Positions 37,301-49,979 of a stretch of 64,000 nt of DNA are shown one piece after another. The stretch is taken from positions 105,340,001 through 105,404,000 of the forward strand of contig NC_045696.1 in NCBI RefSeq assembly GCF_009834535.1. Reading direction: 5' to 3'. Positions within the stretch are counted from its first letter, which is position 1. Every line of letters begins with the position of its first letter. This DNA comes from Camelus ferus (lineage: Eukaryota). The translations under genes and the position numbers were made by a program. Below the pieces are notes generated by a model, which made no database searches, was not told where the DNA came from, and saw nothing but the letters and a program-made list of their open reading frames with translations.

Positions 37301-40300
37301 GAGGCCACACAGTGGTGGGACAGGGGGAGGTCACCATCCCCACCCCTCACCTCAGGATCAACAGTCACTCTCGTGTCCTGCCATCACACAGGCCCTCCCC
37401 TCCTCCCAGCCTGCCTTAGGTCCTGGAATCCTTGCCCCAGATCTCTGTTTCCGTTCTGTTCCTGAGTCTTCTCTAGACCTGGACTGAACCCTGGACCCTG
37501 ACCCATGCAGGCCCCCTGGTGGGCAGTCTCCTCAGCTGGGCTGGGACACTTGCCTCTGCTCCGGCCCTCACCCAGGCCCTCTGTGACTCAGAGGGACCCT
37601 CTGTCTTGCAAGAGGCCCTGCCCCTATCCCGTGGTCAGTGGCATCCACTGAAGAGCTTCAAGTTGTATGAAAGATATGTTTTATATTCCATTTTTAGAAA
37701 GACCCTGCTGGAGGCCTCGTGGAGGGTGGACCATAACATGGGCCAGTTGGCCTGTGTCTCGGCCTCCAGGCCCCAGGGTCTGGGCAAGGCTGAGGGGTTG
37801 AAGGATCCTCTCTGAGCCCCGGCTTGGACACTGAGCCATCCTTTTGAAAGGAATTATAAATATAGAGGGATAAAGGCTACCCTTTTTGAGTACTTACCAG
37901 GTGCCAGGCACAGTGCTGGGAACCGCCCATTCATTTACTTACTTGGTCCTCACAGTGACGCCATAACTATTTTTTATCCCCATTTTATAGACGAGGCTCC
38001 CTGCTGTTCAGGACGTTTAAGGAACTGGCCCAAGTTCCCCCAGCTGCAAAGCAGCAGAGCCTGCAATAAACCCAGATCCAAAAGCCCACCCCGACCCTGA
38101 CCCCGACCCCACCCCCACTCTTAAGCAAGAGCTGGTTCACATCTATAACGTGCATGTTGAACACACAGTTCATAGTGCAGGAGAGCAGAAGTGTTGGCCA
38201 ATAGGGCTTTCTCAGGGGCACCTTGTCAGATAAGCTTGCATTTGTTAAATGTTCACATGGGTACAGAGCCCTCCCTGGGCTCTGGGACCTGAGTTGCCAC
38301 CCAGGACAGAAGAAGCCCGTCCAGGAGGAGGTCTCAGTGTCCTTCAGAATCCTGATTCCCCTCCGACCCTTCTTTCTGAGCTCAGGGATGTGAAAATGAT
38401 GCCTGTGGGAACAGCAGGGGCCCCATTGTGTTCAGTTTGTGCTCTCTTTATGGGTGGGCAGTGGGTGGGCATGATGCCAGGGGGAAGGAAGCCAAAAAAA
38501 AATACCAAGGTTCTTATGCGTCCTGGAGATGGGCCCTGGGTAGACAAGCAGGTCAGTCCATGAGTCTGGATAGTTGCAAACATAGAGGAGGAAGGAATGT
38601 GTTCAGGTTCTGTCTCCTTTGGGATTTCTGGATGCCAGTGGGAGATGCTGGTAAGAATCCAGCTGGACTTCCATCAGTGATGTTGTTGAATCTAGAACCT
38701 GAGATTTTGCTCATATTCACTTGTCTTTCATTTTCATCCATACACCACCCTGCTTTGAATAGAGACCTTTGGTTGATTGCACAACAACATCCCTGATCAG
38801 TCAGGCTGGCCCTGTCCTGCCTCCCTCTGCAATATTTCCTCAGATGCAGAGGCCAGGCAGGCCACCCTCAAGCCTGAGAAATTACTGAAAAGGGAGTCTA
38901 GCTGAGCCCGCAGCTCCCAACCACAGCCCTTTCCCTCGCAGGTTTCAACTTTGTTAATTAAGAAAGCAGACTGGGGCTTGGCGTGAGGGAGGCTATTGTT
39001 CCTGCTTCTCAAAGCGAGGGCACCACTGTCAGAACCAGTTGGCATGGCGACTGAGCCAGGAAGACGCTTTCAAAATGGGCAATTTAATTTAAACAATCAT
39101 TGCGTTTTGAACTAAATGTCACATTCCCATAATTGCGAGGACAGCTAATTGGGCAATTAACTGTTTGGAATCTTTTATTTCTGTTCTCTTAGTCTACTTA
39201 ATGTGTGTGCGTGCATGCACACGTGCGTGCACACACACACACACAAAATCACTCACAATAGGGGCCAAGTTACTAATCCCATGGTTACCAATGACAAAAA
39301 TTCTGAAGAGCTTGTTCTCAGTGCTTGAGCACTTGGTGGTGGTGGAGTCATCAGCCTCCTCACTTCCTAAGCGTGTTCAAACCAAGACACAGTTCTCCTA
39401 AAAGCTCCCTTGCTTCCCTGTTCCCACACTGAGGATACTGATGAGGGTTAAGATATTGTCAAGCCCCATGCAGATGCACACCCACCCAACAGAGGTGAAA
39501 TTTACCTGGTGGAGGGACTTTGACTTGGAAAGGCTATAACGTGGATTTTCATACATTTAAAAATTTTGAGTCCCCTGGTCTAAGCACACGTCTAGGTTCA
39601 TTTGTATATCCACCTTTTCAAAACACTAACTTCAGTGAAAAATGCAGATACTGTCATCTGCGGGAGCCATTCCCTGGACTGTGTGCAGGTGTGCTATTTG
39701 CTCTGATGGATCCTGGATTCCATGGCTGCAGACTTGGTGTCTGAAGTGGAACTCAGCTCTTTGAGTTCACTGCTTTGATAGACGAGTTGCCATAAAATGA
39801 TCTTTGTTGTAAACGTTGTTTCCAAACTCTGAGCCGGTGACCAATTCCATTTTGCTGTATTCTTGTATTAGCTGACTTCAAAGAGAGAATGTTTTTGCCT
39901 TACCCTAGGACAGACTGTACCTCCAAAGACAGTGTGGAGGGCTGGTTAACTCATCTTAATTGTTTTTCAAAATCCAGATTGCTGTTCCAAATAAGCTAGA
40001 AGTGATCAAATGTGCTCAACTTGTGTTTCCGCCCAGGGCAGCAGGCTGACTCTGCTGTTCAACTGAGCTGAAACCCAGAGATGGAGAGCTGGGAACCAAA
40101 GTCTGTCACCCCTCGGGGGAGGGAAATGGAAACCCTGTTTCATTTCAGATGACAGGAACCATTCTGACCTCTCCTCGCTGATTACCAGCCTTTTGAGTGC
40201 AAAGCGTTCCCTTCTGTTCTGATTTTCTGACAACTGTTTAATCATGCTCTATTCATAGAAATTACAGTAGAATTCTCTTGTTCCCCACATATCAAATAAG

Positions 40301-41165
40301 ATAATGCACAGGGAAATCAAGATTCTGGAAACAAATAATTGAGTTTTAAGCCTCCCACCAGTAGTGAAATCCTAAAGTGTGTTGAAGCCTAGAAGTATGG
40401 CTATAGATCGCGGGACAGGGAGGGCATTTATCCTCGACGAACATTTCCACGTAACTTTGCCCTCAGCCCAAGGTCCAATCATCAATAAAATAAAAAATCT
40501 AATTTTAACAGCACAATGGAAAGACCTTAAAGAGGGAAACTGACATTTACTATCTTTCAGGTATATTATTTTATCTGATTCCTACAATGACCCTATAATG
40601 TCAGTTCCATTATCTGCATTTTATGGACAGGGAAACTAAGGCTAGAGAGGAAAAATAATCCCCCGAGGTTGCCTGACCAATAAGTTGCCAGGTTCTTACT
40701 CTTCCACCATCCCATTCTACTTCCCAAAACAATTCATCTGCCGCAAGTCCAGTGTCCCAACAGCTGCCTGCCCCGTGGTCATTGGTGGCTTCAGGTCCAG
40801 CAGCTGTTGCTGAATCTTCCCAAGGGCTCGGGGCTATAGAACTGTCCTAAGGCCAGGCAAGGTGTCTGGCCACTCATGACAAAGCAAATGTGACCTGGTG
40901 CCTCTCACACCAGAGGACTGTAGCGATCTTGCAAGTCCCCTGAGCTCAAGGAAGGCAGAACAGGGGTACAAGCTTTTTTTTTTTTTTAAATAAAATCAAT
41001 ATACATATAATGTAAAAGAAAAAAGTCAACTCCATACAGAGGACTGCAGAGAAGGGCAAAAAATGTGAAATCCCATCACCCAGAGACAGCCATCGATAAC
41101 ATCTTGGAAAACACTCTCTTAGGCAGTTTTCCAAACTTCAGCACACAGTTGCAGATATACAGATC

Positions 41166-41325
41166 TTTTTTTTTTTTTAACTTTTTTTGGGGGGCAGTAA
41201 TTAGGTTTTTTATTCCCTTATTTATTTGTTTGTTTGTTTGTTTGTTTACAGAGATGCTGGGGATTGAACCCAGGACCTTGTGCGTGCTAAGCACACGCTC
41301 TACCACTGAGCTACACCCTCCCCCC
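41166..41325 (-). mobile_element. tRNA-Ala-derived SINE, long form
   Basis: Antisense tRNA head; 16-bp TSD TGCAGATAT(A/G)CAGATC (41150-41165, 41326-41341). Confidence 0.92.
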
Positions 41326-42236
41326 TGCAGATATGCAGATCAGTATCATATCAGCGGTCTTCCTTTACATGTTGCTCCATATCCTGATTATTTTCTCTCG
41401 GAAATAGAAATATGCAGGTCCCAATCTTCAATCTCAACTGCTTGGTATTCCACTGTACGAGTTTCTATCATTTACTCAACCGATTTCTGACAATACAGAT
41501 CATTTTTGTTTACTATTATAAACAACAGTAGAACAAATGTCCTTGAACATATATTGTCTTTGTTTTTGGAGGGCACTTTTTTATTCTCTCCTTAGACATG
41601 AATTCTCAGAAGTCGAGGGCCAATCAAAGATCTAAGGCCACTTCTTTCTTTTCCTTTTCTTTCATTGTTACAAAAATCTGGTGAACAGCCAACTGGACAA
41701 AAACAGCTGCCTCAAAATGGCCAGAGGGGATTTTCTTTTATTCCTTGGCATCTCTTCCAGGCGGGGTTCTTCATCTATGCTTTCCCTTCTATGTATTGCC
41801 TGCTTTCATGTTTACATGTTTATACATTTCTTCTTATTTTGGTCATTATAATGTCAATAGCCTTGAAAAACCTTCCTTCATGGGCTCTGTCCCACTGTCC
41901 CCAAAGGCTGTTTGTCTTCTCCAAGCTCTAGAAGCTGGGGTAATGCAAGTCTCTCCAATTTTTTTATATCCTAAGGGTACAGTAGGGAGGAAGACTCTTG
42001 TACAAGTCACATGAAGCCTAGAAGACTTTGGCTCTCTCTACTGGGATTTTTATTTAAGCTACAGGCAGCTCTCCTAAGATTTTAGAATGACCCCTCCCAC
42101 CCTCTTCAGAAAGGATGCTAAGGCATGGTGAGCCCTGCTGCCAATGAGATCTTTCTAGGGTAGTTAGAGGATACTACTTGAGGCTCTTATGTTTTGCTTT
42201 TAATTTTCTACAGAGTATCTGCTCATGACCTCCATC

Positions 42237-42445
42237 TAGTGTTGCCAGATTTAACCAAAATAATCATGATGAGAATAATAATAATAATAACAATAATAAT
42301 AATACCAGGACTCCCAGTTAAACTTGAATTTCAGATAAACAAAAAATAATTTTTTAGCATAGGTGTGTCCCAAATATTGCATGGAGCATACACTAAAGAA
42401 TTATTCATTCTTTATCTGAAATTCAAATCTAACTAGGCAGCCCTG
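42237..42445. mobile_element. MER53 palindromic hAT-type MITE with internal (AAT)n expansion
   Basis: GTTGCCAGATTTA terminus; arms CCAGTTAAACTTGAATTTCAGATAAA and TTTATCTGAAATTCAAATCTAACTAGG are reverse complements. Confidence 0.85.
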
Positions 42446-43478
42446 CCTTGGTCACTCTTGCTCCAGATTGGGGTATATTTGTGCAAATTCTCAGAATTTT
42501 GTGGGCTTGAATTCTTCTGGAAAGTACATGAGTCATGGCAAGTCAAGCCAGACTTCTCTGCTTTGTTCCTTGACCATCACTCTTCAGACTCTCGGGCACG
42601 AGGCTGTGCTCCTTTCCTTGATTGGCTGCTGCTGGTTATTCGTGGCGGGTGGGGGTGCTGGTAGGGGAGGTTGGCTTTAATTTGGGGATTCTTTGGTTAA
42701 GCAGCCCAGGAAGCTGAGATTGTGATCCAACTTCATTCTCTCTCTAGACTCAGGAATGATGTTCTTTATTAGAACCTTTTGTAAAATACAAAGGTGAATC
42801 CAACCCATCACCGCAAGCAAATCTCCTTGGAAATATGTTTTCTCTCCTTCCTAATTCTCTCATATTCCACTCTCTCTGCAGCCCCTCCCTAGCCAAAAGG
42901 CTCTCAAAATTCTCTCTCTACTTGTGGTCTTTGCAACTTATTTTTTTCATGCCCTCTTTTCTTTCTCTCAACTCTTTATTCTCTAGATCTCCTTTCCCAG
43001 AGCCCAGGTTCTTCCTCTTCCTTTTCTCTCCTCTACTGTCTTGTTTTTCTCCACCCAGTTAGTTCTGCAGAAACAAACTCAAATTCTCCTGGTGAGGAGG
43101 TGGGGTAGAGAAAGGACTGAGGTGGGGATAGAACAGAAGCAGGTAGAAAATTAAAGGTGGGGGGTCTCTTTGGTGGGTTGGGAAAGGGGAATATCTTTGA
43201 CTACTTCCATGCTAATACTTGATATCTCAAGTTCAGTGGTGAACTTTCCAGTTTAGTGGTTCAGCGAGCTTAAGTGATTTGCCCAAGGTCACGTAGCTAG
43301 TCAGGGATACTGCTGGAACCCAGATTTTTGGATTCCAAAGCCTGGGTACTTTCTACCTCGTGATACTGCCCAGGTCACACTTCAGGTGCATGTTGTTTAG
43401 AGATGTTGGTGTAACATTCATTACTTGTTGCCAGATGTAGTGATCATGGCAAGACATCCCCAACATCTAGTTCAGCTC

Positions 43479-43951
43479 CGTATTAGTTTGCTAGGGCTGC
43501 CAGTAACAAAGTACCACAATGTGGGTGTCTTAAACTGAAGAAATTTATTGTCTGATAGTTCTAGAGGTTGGAAGTCCAAGATTAATGTGTCTGCGGGGTT
43601 GGTTTCTTCTAAGGGCTGTGAGGAAGAGTCTGTTCCCAGCCTCTCCCCTAGCTTCTAGTGATTTGCTGGCCATCTCTGGCGTTCCTGGCTTCTGCTGCAT
43701 CACTCCAATCTCTGCCTTCATCTTCACATTGCATTCTCCCTGGTGCAGGTCTGTGTCCAAGTCTCCTTTTTATAAGGGCAACAGTCATATGGGAGTAGGG
43801 GTACACCTTACTCCAGTATGACCTCATCTTAATCCATCACATCTAAGATGACCCTATTGCCAAAAAAGGACACATTCTGAAGTACCGAGGGTTAAGACTT
43901 CAGCATGTAAATTTGGGGGATGGAAAACGGGGACACAGTTCAACCCATAAT
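43479..43951 (-). mobile_element. MaLR solo LTR (MLT1C-like)
   Basis: GTATTAGTTTGCTAGGGCTGC...AACAAAGTACCAC...GGAAGTCCAAGAT...GGACACAGTTCAACCCATAA. Confidence 0.85.
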
Positions 43952-44559
43952 GACTCCCAGTGATTGGTGTAAGCCATTACTGCTCTTTATTGTCTTGCTG
44001 GTCACAGGTTTAGAAGTGGCCATGTAGTTTAGGAACAGCAAATGAGACCTGAGGGGAAGACTTCCAGGACCTTGTAGGAAAGGCTTCCTCGTTCCTAAAG
44101 AAAGAGTCGCAAAAAGAGATTTCTCTCTTGCAGTGTTGACGAGTCTGGGTGTGACACCTGGACTTGCTGCGGCAGTAATGCCCCTGGCCTGAGAATAACC
44201 CCACAGAAAGGGCAGAATGCAAAGAGTCACAGAGCAGCCACGTGCCCCAGAGGAGCTGGCCTTTCATTTTTCACTGCAGAGACTGGGCACTGCTTCTCGG
44301 AGCCCGGCAGAGAGGGCGGGAGGAAAGCCGGGAAGGCAGAGCCTGCCTGTGTCCGGTGAGGCCCGGGATCTGCATCACTCCCTGGAGGGCAGTTTATTCC
44401 TGAAGAATACAGCTGAGGAAGGAGCCCGGTCCGCACTGGAGTCCCCACTCTGCAAAGACATGCCGAAATGGTAGCTCCCACCCCAAAGTCCCATCAAGGA
44501 CTGACACATCGTAATTTGTTTTATGTGTTTATGACACTGACTTTGTTCACTGACTTTGT

Positions 44560-44685
44560 TTTGGTTTGGGGGGAGAGGTAATTAGGTTTGTTTGTTTGTT
44601 TATTTTTAATAGGAGTACTGGGGATTGAACCCAGGACCTCATGAATACTAGGCGTGCACTCTACCACTGAGCTATACCCATCCCC
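44560..44685 (-). mobile_element. tRNA-Ala-derived SINE, long form
   Basis: Antisense tRNA head plus GGTAATTAGGTTTG extension; TSD (A)CACTGACTTTGT. Confidence 0.9.
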
Positions 44686-45464
44686 AACACTGACTTTGTA
44701 AAGAGTCCAGGCCAACTTTCTTGTAGAACATTCCACACTCTGGATATGTCTTAAGGTTTCCCAGAGATATTTCTTCACTTATTCCTCTCTCTGTGGAGGA
44801 AACTGTTTTCTGCTTGGCTCCTTTAACCAGCATCATTGGCATTCAAACCATTATGGCGTGAGTAAGAAATAAGTTGTACCCACACTTTTTTAAAAAAGCT
44901 CTGGCGGTCCACACCAGCTGCAAAGTGACATGCTTTACTGTTACAGTTCTATAACAACAGCAATGATAATAACCTAAAGGTTTACCTCCCAGAACTATTG
45001 AGTGCTCGCCAGGAGTTGGGGGAAGCCACAGAGAGCCACCAGAGAAGTCCAGCCCTCCATGACACTTGGCTCCAGGAGATATTAGGCGGAAGTGGAGAGA
45101 GAGCCATGTCTCCCAGCCTACCAGGGATTGAACCCTGGAAATCAGAAGTGGGACGGATGACTGGGATTACGTGAATTTTGTGGTAAAGAAAAAAAGGCTG
45201 TGGAGTGTGGAGAGGCAGCAGGTCCCTCGGCAGAGAGGAGGCATTCAAGACGCCTGGCTTCTAAGCCCAACCACCCCGAACAGCAGCCTGCCTCCTTGGA
45301 CCTTCCCCCAGTGTACGATGGAGGATATGCCCAGGTCATCTCCATGGTTACCAAATATGACCTTATGCAAGGGCTCAAAAAAAAAAAAAAATAGGGCAAG
45401 TGACAAACACCACCACTTAAAGGCAACCCCAGTGGCCAAAACTGGAACCAAGCGAGAAAGCATT

Positions 45465-46322
45465 CAATTATAACCCATAAAACAAAATAAACATTTATGA
45501 TTCCATACTGATATAATTTTTAATTGAACAAATAAATAAATGGAGAAGAAAAGACAGCTTTTCCTTGCAGAAGAATTCCAATAAATAAATGTAGAAGAAA
45601 TTAGAAATATTTTAAAAATCACTATTAAGCAAATGCCGCCGTGATAGTTACTACAGGCAAAATCTACTGATGGATGCTTAAATGTGCGTGAGAAAGTTTG
45701 AGGAGAAACAGAACATTTGCGTAGTCTCAAAGTCTCTTCCCTGAGATATTTGTTTGCTATAAAGGGGAAAATAGCAATTTTATGGTGGAGAAACCCAGCA
45801 GACAACACCTTAACCAAGCGCTCAAGGTTATCACCAGTAATAAGACATACTGACATCATCTACCCCCTGATATAGATGCTGAGAAGGTCATATCACTCTA
45901 TGGTATTCCTGCCAAAAAACCCATAACCTCAGTGTAATCCAACCAACCCCAGCTGGCAGACATTCTACAATATAACTGACCAGTGTTCTTTAAAAGTGGC
46001 AAGGTCACCAAAGACAAGAAAAGGCGGAGAAACTGTCACAGATTGGAGGAGACTAAGGAAATGCAGTGACTAAATGCAATGTGAGGTCCACATTAGTGGA
46101 AGAACTGATGAAATTCAAATTAGGCCTGTAGCTTAATTAACAGAAATTAATAACGCTAATAATAACATTCATGTACCAATGTTAATTTCATGGTTTTGAT
46201 CCCTGGACTGCGGCTGGGTAAGATGTTACCATTAATTTTCAGGGAAGCCGAGAGAGAGGTCCTTTTGGAGATATCTTTTCTGTAAGTCAAAATTCATTTC
46301 AAAATAAAAAGTTAAAAAAAAA
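45465..46322 (+). mobile_element. L1MC-type 3' end
   Basis: GGAGAAACCCAGCAGACAACACCTTAACCAAG, GACATTCTACAATATAACTGACC, GACTAAATGCAATGTG, terminal AAAATAAAAAGTTAAAAAAA. Confidence 0.75.
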
Positions 46323-46984
46323 TACAGCTATGTACTTAAGTGAAATAGAAGTTCCCCTAGCCCCCATAGTCTGAGGGACACAGGTAGGGGTCCCCTGCCT
46401 TTAACAGTCTCCTCTCCAGCCTGTCAAGATGTCTGAAATCCCATCAGTCATTATATTCAACTAATTAATTAATTAACTAATTAACTAATTGACTAATGCT
46501 TTGCTCTCAACTAATGTTTTGTGTTCCCACAGGTCCAACTGCAACAGATATTTATTGACCACTTTCTTCGTTCAGGCACCCTGCTAGGTACTAGGGTTAA
46601 GTAGTCAATAAGCTTCCCCTGGGGCTTATAATCAGCCATTAGCACCTTAGTATGAATTATGTGGTTTGCTCCATTTTCTGCAGCAGCTACAAATCAGGGT
46701 ATTGAGGAGGGGGAAATTTCAATGAGTAAAAAAGGAGAGACTGGGCTTACAGCACGGAGCAGGTGCCATATGGAGAAGGTAGGCCTGCATAGGGACTTCC
46801 AGAAGTTCCAAATCTCAGCATGGTACTGGGACAGAGTCGGGCACTGGGAGGCAATACAGCCCCTACTTGGGGTGAAGGCCAGCAAAGAGGTGGATGCACA
46901 CAAGTCCTGAATGGAATCAGGAAGTAAAAGCAAGGGCCAACACCTGGATAGCACTAACTATGAGGCAGGTTCTGTTCTCGCGAC

Positions 46985-47175
46985 TTTACAGACGATGACT
47001 CATCTGATCCACCCAACAACCCTATGAGGTAAGGGACTATTCTTATCCCCTTTTGTAGAAGAAGAAACTGAGGCACTAGGAGTTTAAGAAGTGTGCCCAA
47101 GGTCGCACTGCTGACGTGTGGCAGAGCTGGGCCGCGGACCAGGTCAGCTGGGCTCCGGAGTCTGCACCCAACATC
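46985..47175 (-). mobile_element. MIR SINE
   Basis: CAACAACCCTATGAGGTA...GAAGAAACTGAGGCAC...GCCCAAGGTCGCAC...GGCAGAGCTGGG. Confidence 0.8.
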
Positions 47176-48617
47176 TGTGCTCAAATGCTTCTCCCGGAGC
47201 TGAGGGAACACACCTGACACGGGGAAGGAAGGGCAGGGCCACAGAACCAGGACCAAGGCCTCGTCTGCATTAAAGGAGCAAAAACAAAAAACAAAAAAAG
47301 GAAAAAACCCTAAATCTTGTTTTGCATGAGTGCCTACTATAGACCATGCCCAAGGCTTTCCATGCAGTAGACATGTAACACTCATACTTCTGAAGTACCA
47401 TCGTCCTATTTTACATATGGGGAAGCTGAGGCTTAGAGAGGTCAAGTATTTTGCCCAAGGTCACATAATTCTAGTATTAGATGAATCCAGAATTCAGCTG
47501 ATTTGTGAAAAGCTTTACGCTGGGCTGCTGTCAGTCTCCCCTGTGGCTTGCTTAGTACTAAATAAGTGCCCCCTTTTTTTTCTCCCTTTCTCTCTCCTTT
47601 TTTCCCTCTCTCCCTCCCTTTCACACAATAAAGGTAATTATTTAATGCCCACAGTATAGATCTTGAGTTTGGCTTTTTGCAGCACTGAGTTTTAACAGTG
47701 CCTGTTTAAATACATTCAATCCAATGAATATTTCAAGGTAATTAATCTCCACAGGGTGAGAGAATGCTCAGGTTTCCCAGCACCTCATAATACATCTGAA
47801 TCAGCTGAGGAAATGATTTGCACACTCTGCAGTAGGTTGAGAGCGAAAGATTCACTTAAAGGCTTTTAGAGCTGACTCCCCGGTGTTAACGAGCCAACGT
47901 GCTGCCCCTGAGAAGGACGCAGGCACCGCCTAGTGGCTAAAAGCATTTATGCGAGGAGAGAATGTGGCTGACAACTGCAGGACAAGGCATCTGCTTGTTG
48001 GTTTGGGCTTTGGGGAGGACATATATTGTCAAATACCCATCACTATTTTTTATGGGGATGAGAGTGGGATGGCGATAAGAATGGTGAGAGTTATGGTCAC
48101 ACACCCACGTGCTCCTGCCTGGATCCTGTAACCCTCCTGTGAGGTGTTGAAATGACTGTGTTTGTTGAAGGTTTACTTTGAGGCCGTAGACCCCCATGGA
48201 GTTAATTAGGCCTTCAGTGATTTCCAAACAATGCCATTAGTAGTCTTAACAGCTGCCATTAACCGAAGGCTTATGGCTGTGACCATGTATACAAAGTATG
48301 TTGTATATATATACATATATATAATATATATATGAGAGAGAGATTTAATCCTTTTGTCAGTCCTATGATAATTAATATCACTATCCCATATTGCAGATAA
48401 GCAAACTGAGGCTCAGAACTGAAGCAACTTGTCCAAGGTCACACAACTTGTCAAAACCAGACCTACAAACTCCTGCCCCCATGTTATTAACCTCCACATC
48501 ACCCTGCCTTGTGGTACATATTACACTGCAGTGAGCTTGTGCTACCACCATACAATCAACTAATATTAACTGTGTATCCACTTGATGCACAGTACCGTGC
48601 TTGGTACTGTTGGAAGA

Positions 48618-48620
48618 ACA

Positions 48621-48660
<40 letters not shown>
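48618..48660 (+). repeat. (CG)n(CA)n microsatellite
   Basis: Direct observation. Confidence 0.95.
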
Positions 48661-48664
<4 letters not shown>

Positions 48665-48757
48665 CACACACATGCTCTGATGCCCAGCCTTGAGAATTAC
48701 ATAGTTTTTTTGGGTAGGGTAATGCATGAAGTCTTAAAAAGTTAAGTAATAGCCATA

Positions 48758-48784
48758 TGTGTGTGTGTGTGTGTGTGTGTGTGT
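48758..48784 (+). repeat. (TG)n microsatellite
   Basis: Direct observation. Confidence 0.95.
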
Positions 48785-49788
48785 ATTCAAGCCAACAGAA
48801 CAAACTTAAAAGGTGTTAAGACAGTGCTCGTTTGATTGCCAAGTTGCATTAACAAGAATTGCCATGGAAAAATTCAATTCAGGGGGAACATGAGGGGAGC
48901 TTTGAAAGCTGGATAGGATTTAGGTGGACTGAAAGGGCAGCTAGAGCTTTTCTGGGAGAAGGCTATCCCAGAAGGTCATGAAATGTGGTGAAGTAGCCCC
49001 AAAACACTGGGCTTGGGGTCGGGAGACTCAGAAACTCAGTCACTGACCTGCTGGGCATGCTTAGACAAGGAATCCTGCCCTATTTGTGCCTCAGTCTCCC
49101 TGTTTGTAAATTTGGGGTGTTGGCTCCTCTAGGAAACTCACTGGTAGGAAATTCTATCATTCTGCAAGTCTGGAAGTCTGAGGCACAGTCCACAAAGAAC
49201 TGCAGGGTGTTAGGGAGTTTTATTGGTGATGAAATGGCTGTGTTGTTCCTTCAGCTGCTGGTCACCTGGAGGAAGGAGAGACAAGGCTTCCCACCCACAC
49301 ACATAAACATGCTGAGGGGCCCCTTCATGGTCAATGGCAGTGCACCCTCTGGGTCTGGGGAACCAAAGACATGCAGCACCATTGCCCGGATGCGGGGTAC
49401 AGCATTTCATAAAGAGACGTTCTTCCCGACGTCACAGCTTGGTGTCCTGCACCATGTCACTGTGTGATGTAAGGAAGACAGCACAGTGTAGACCGGAACC
49501 CCACCTGACGAGTACGGCCAGTTGGTGTACTTTCCCATGAACGGCTGGTGACCAAAATGCTCAAGCTCGCTTCTATCTCCAGGCTTTGAACATACTGCTC
49601 TTTCTGCTCAGAACAAACACACCCTCTCACACTCATTCACATGCTACTGTGCGTATAGATGTACCTTTATTCACGGTATTCACTGGCATTTACTCAACTC
49701 TCACCAATGGGCATGAATTTCACGTCACAGCCCAGGAGCATCAGAAACATAATCTTTATTTTTCTGTAATTCAAAATAGATTCTAGCC

Positions 49789-49979
49789 ACTATATATAAA
49801 AATAGATTTAAAAGTTTGCTGTTATAGCACAGGGAACTCTATTCAATATCTTGTAATAACCTTTAATGAAAAAATATGAAAACAAATATATGTATGACTG
49901 GGACCGTATGCTGAACACCAGAAATTGACGTTGTAACTGACTGTACTTCAGTAAAAATAAAAACAAACAAACAAAAACC
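49789..49979 (+). mobile_element. 5'-truncated L1 3' end
   Basis: Same family text as 17600-17804; perfect 17-bp TSD CAAAATAGATTCTAGCC (49772-49788, 49980-49996). Confidence 0.9.

Noticed and set aside
46458..46515. TAAT/TAAC repeat as a homeodomain array
   Set aside because: Simple tetranucleotide slippage next to an L2-like tail (AGATATTTATTGACCAC).
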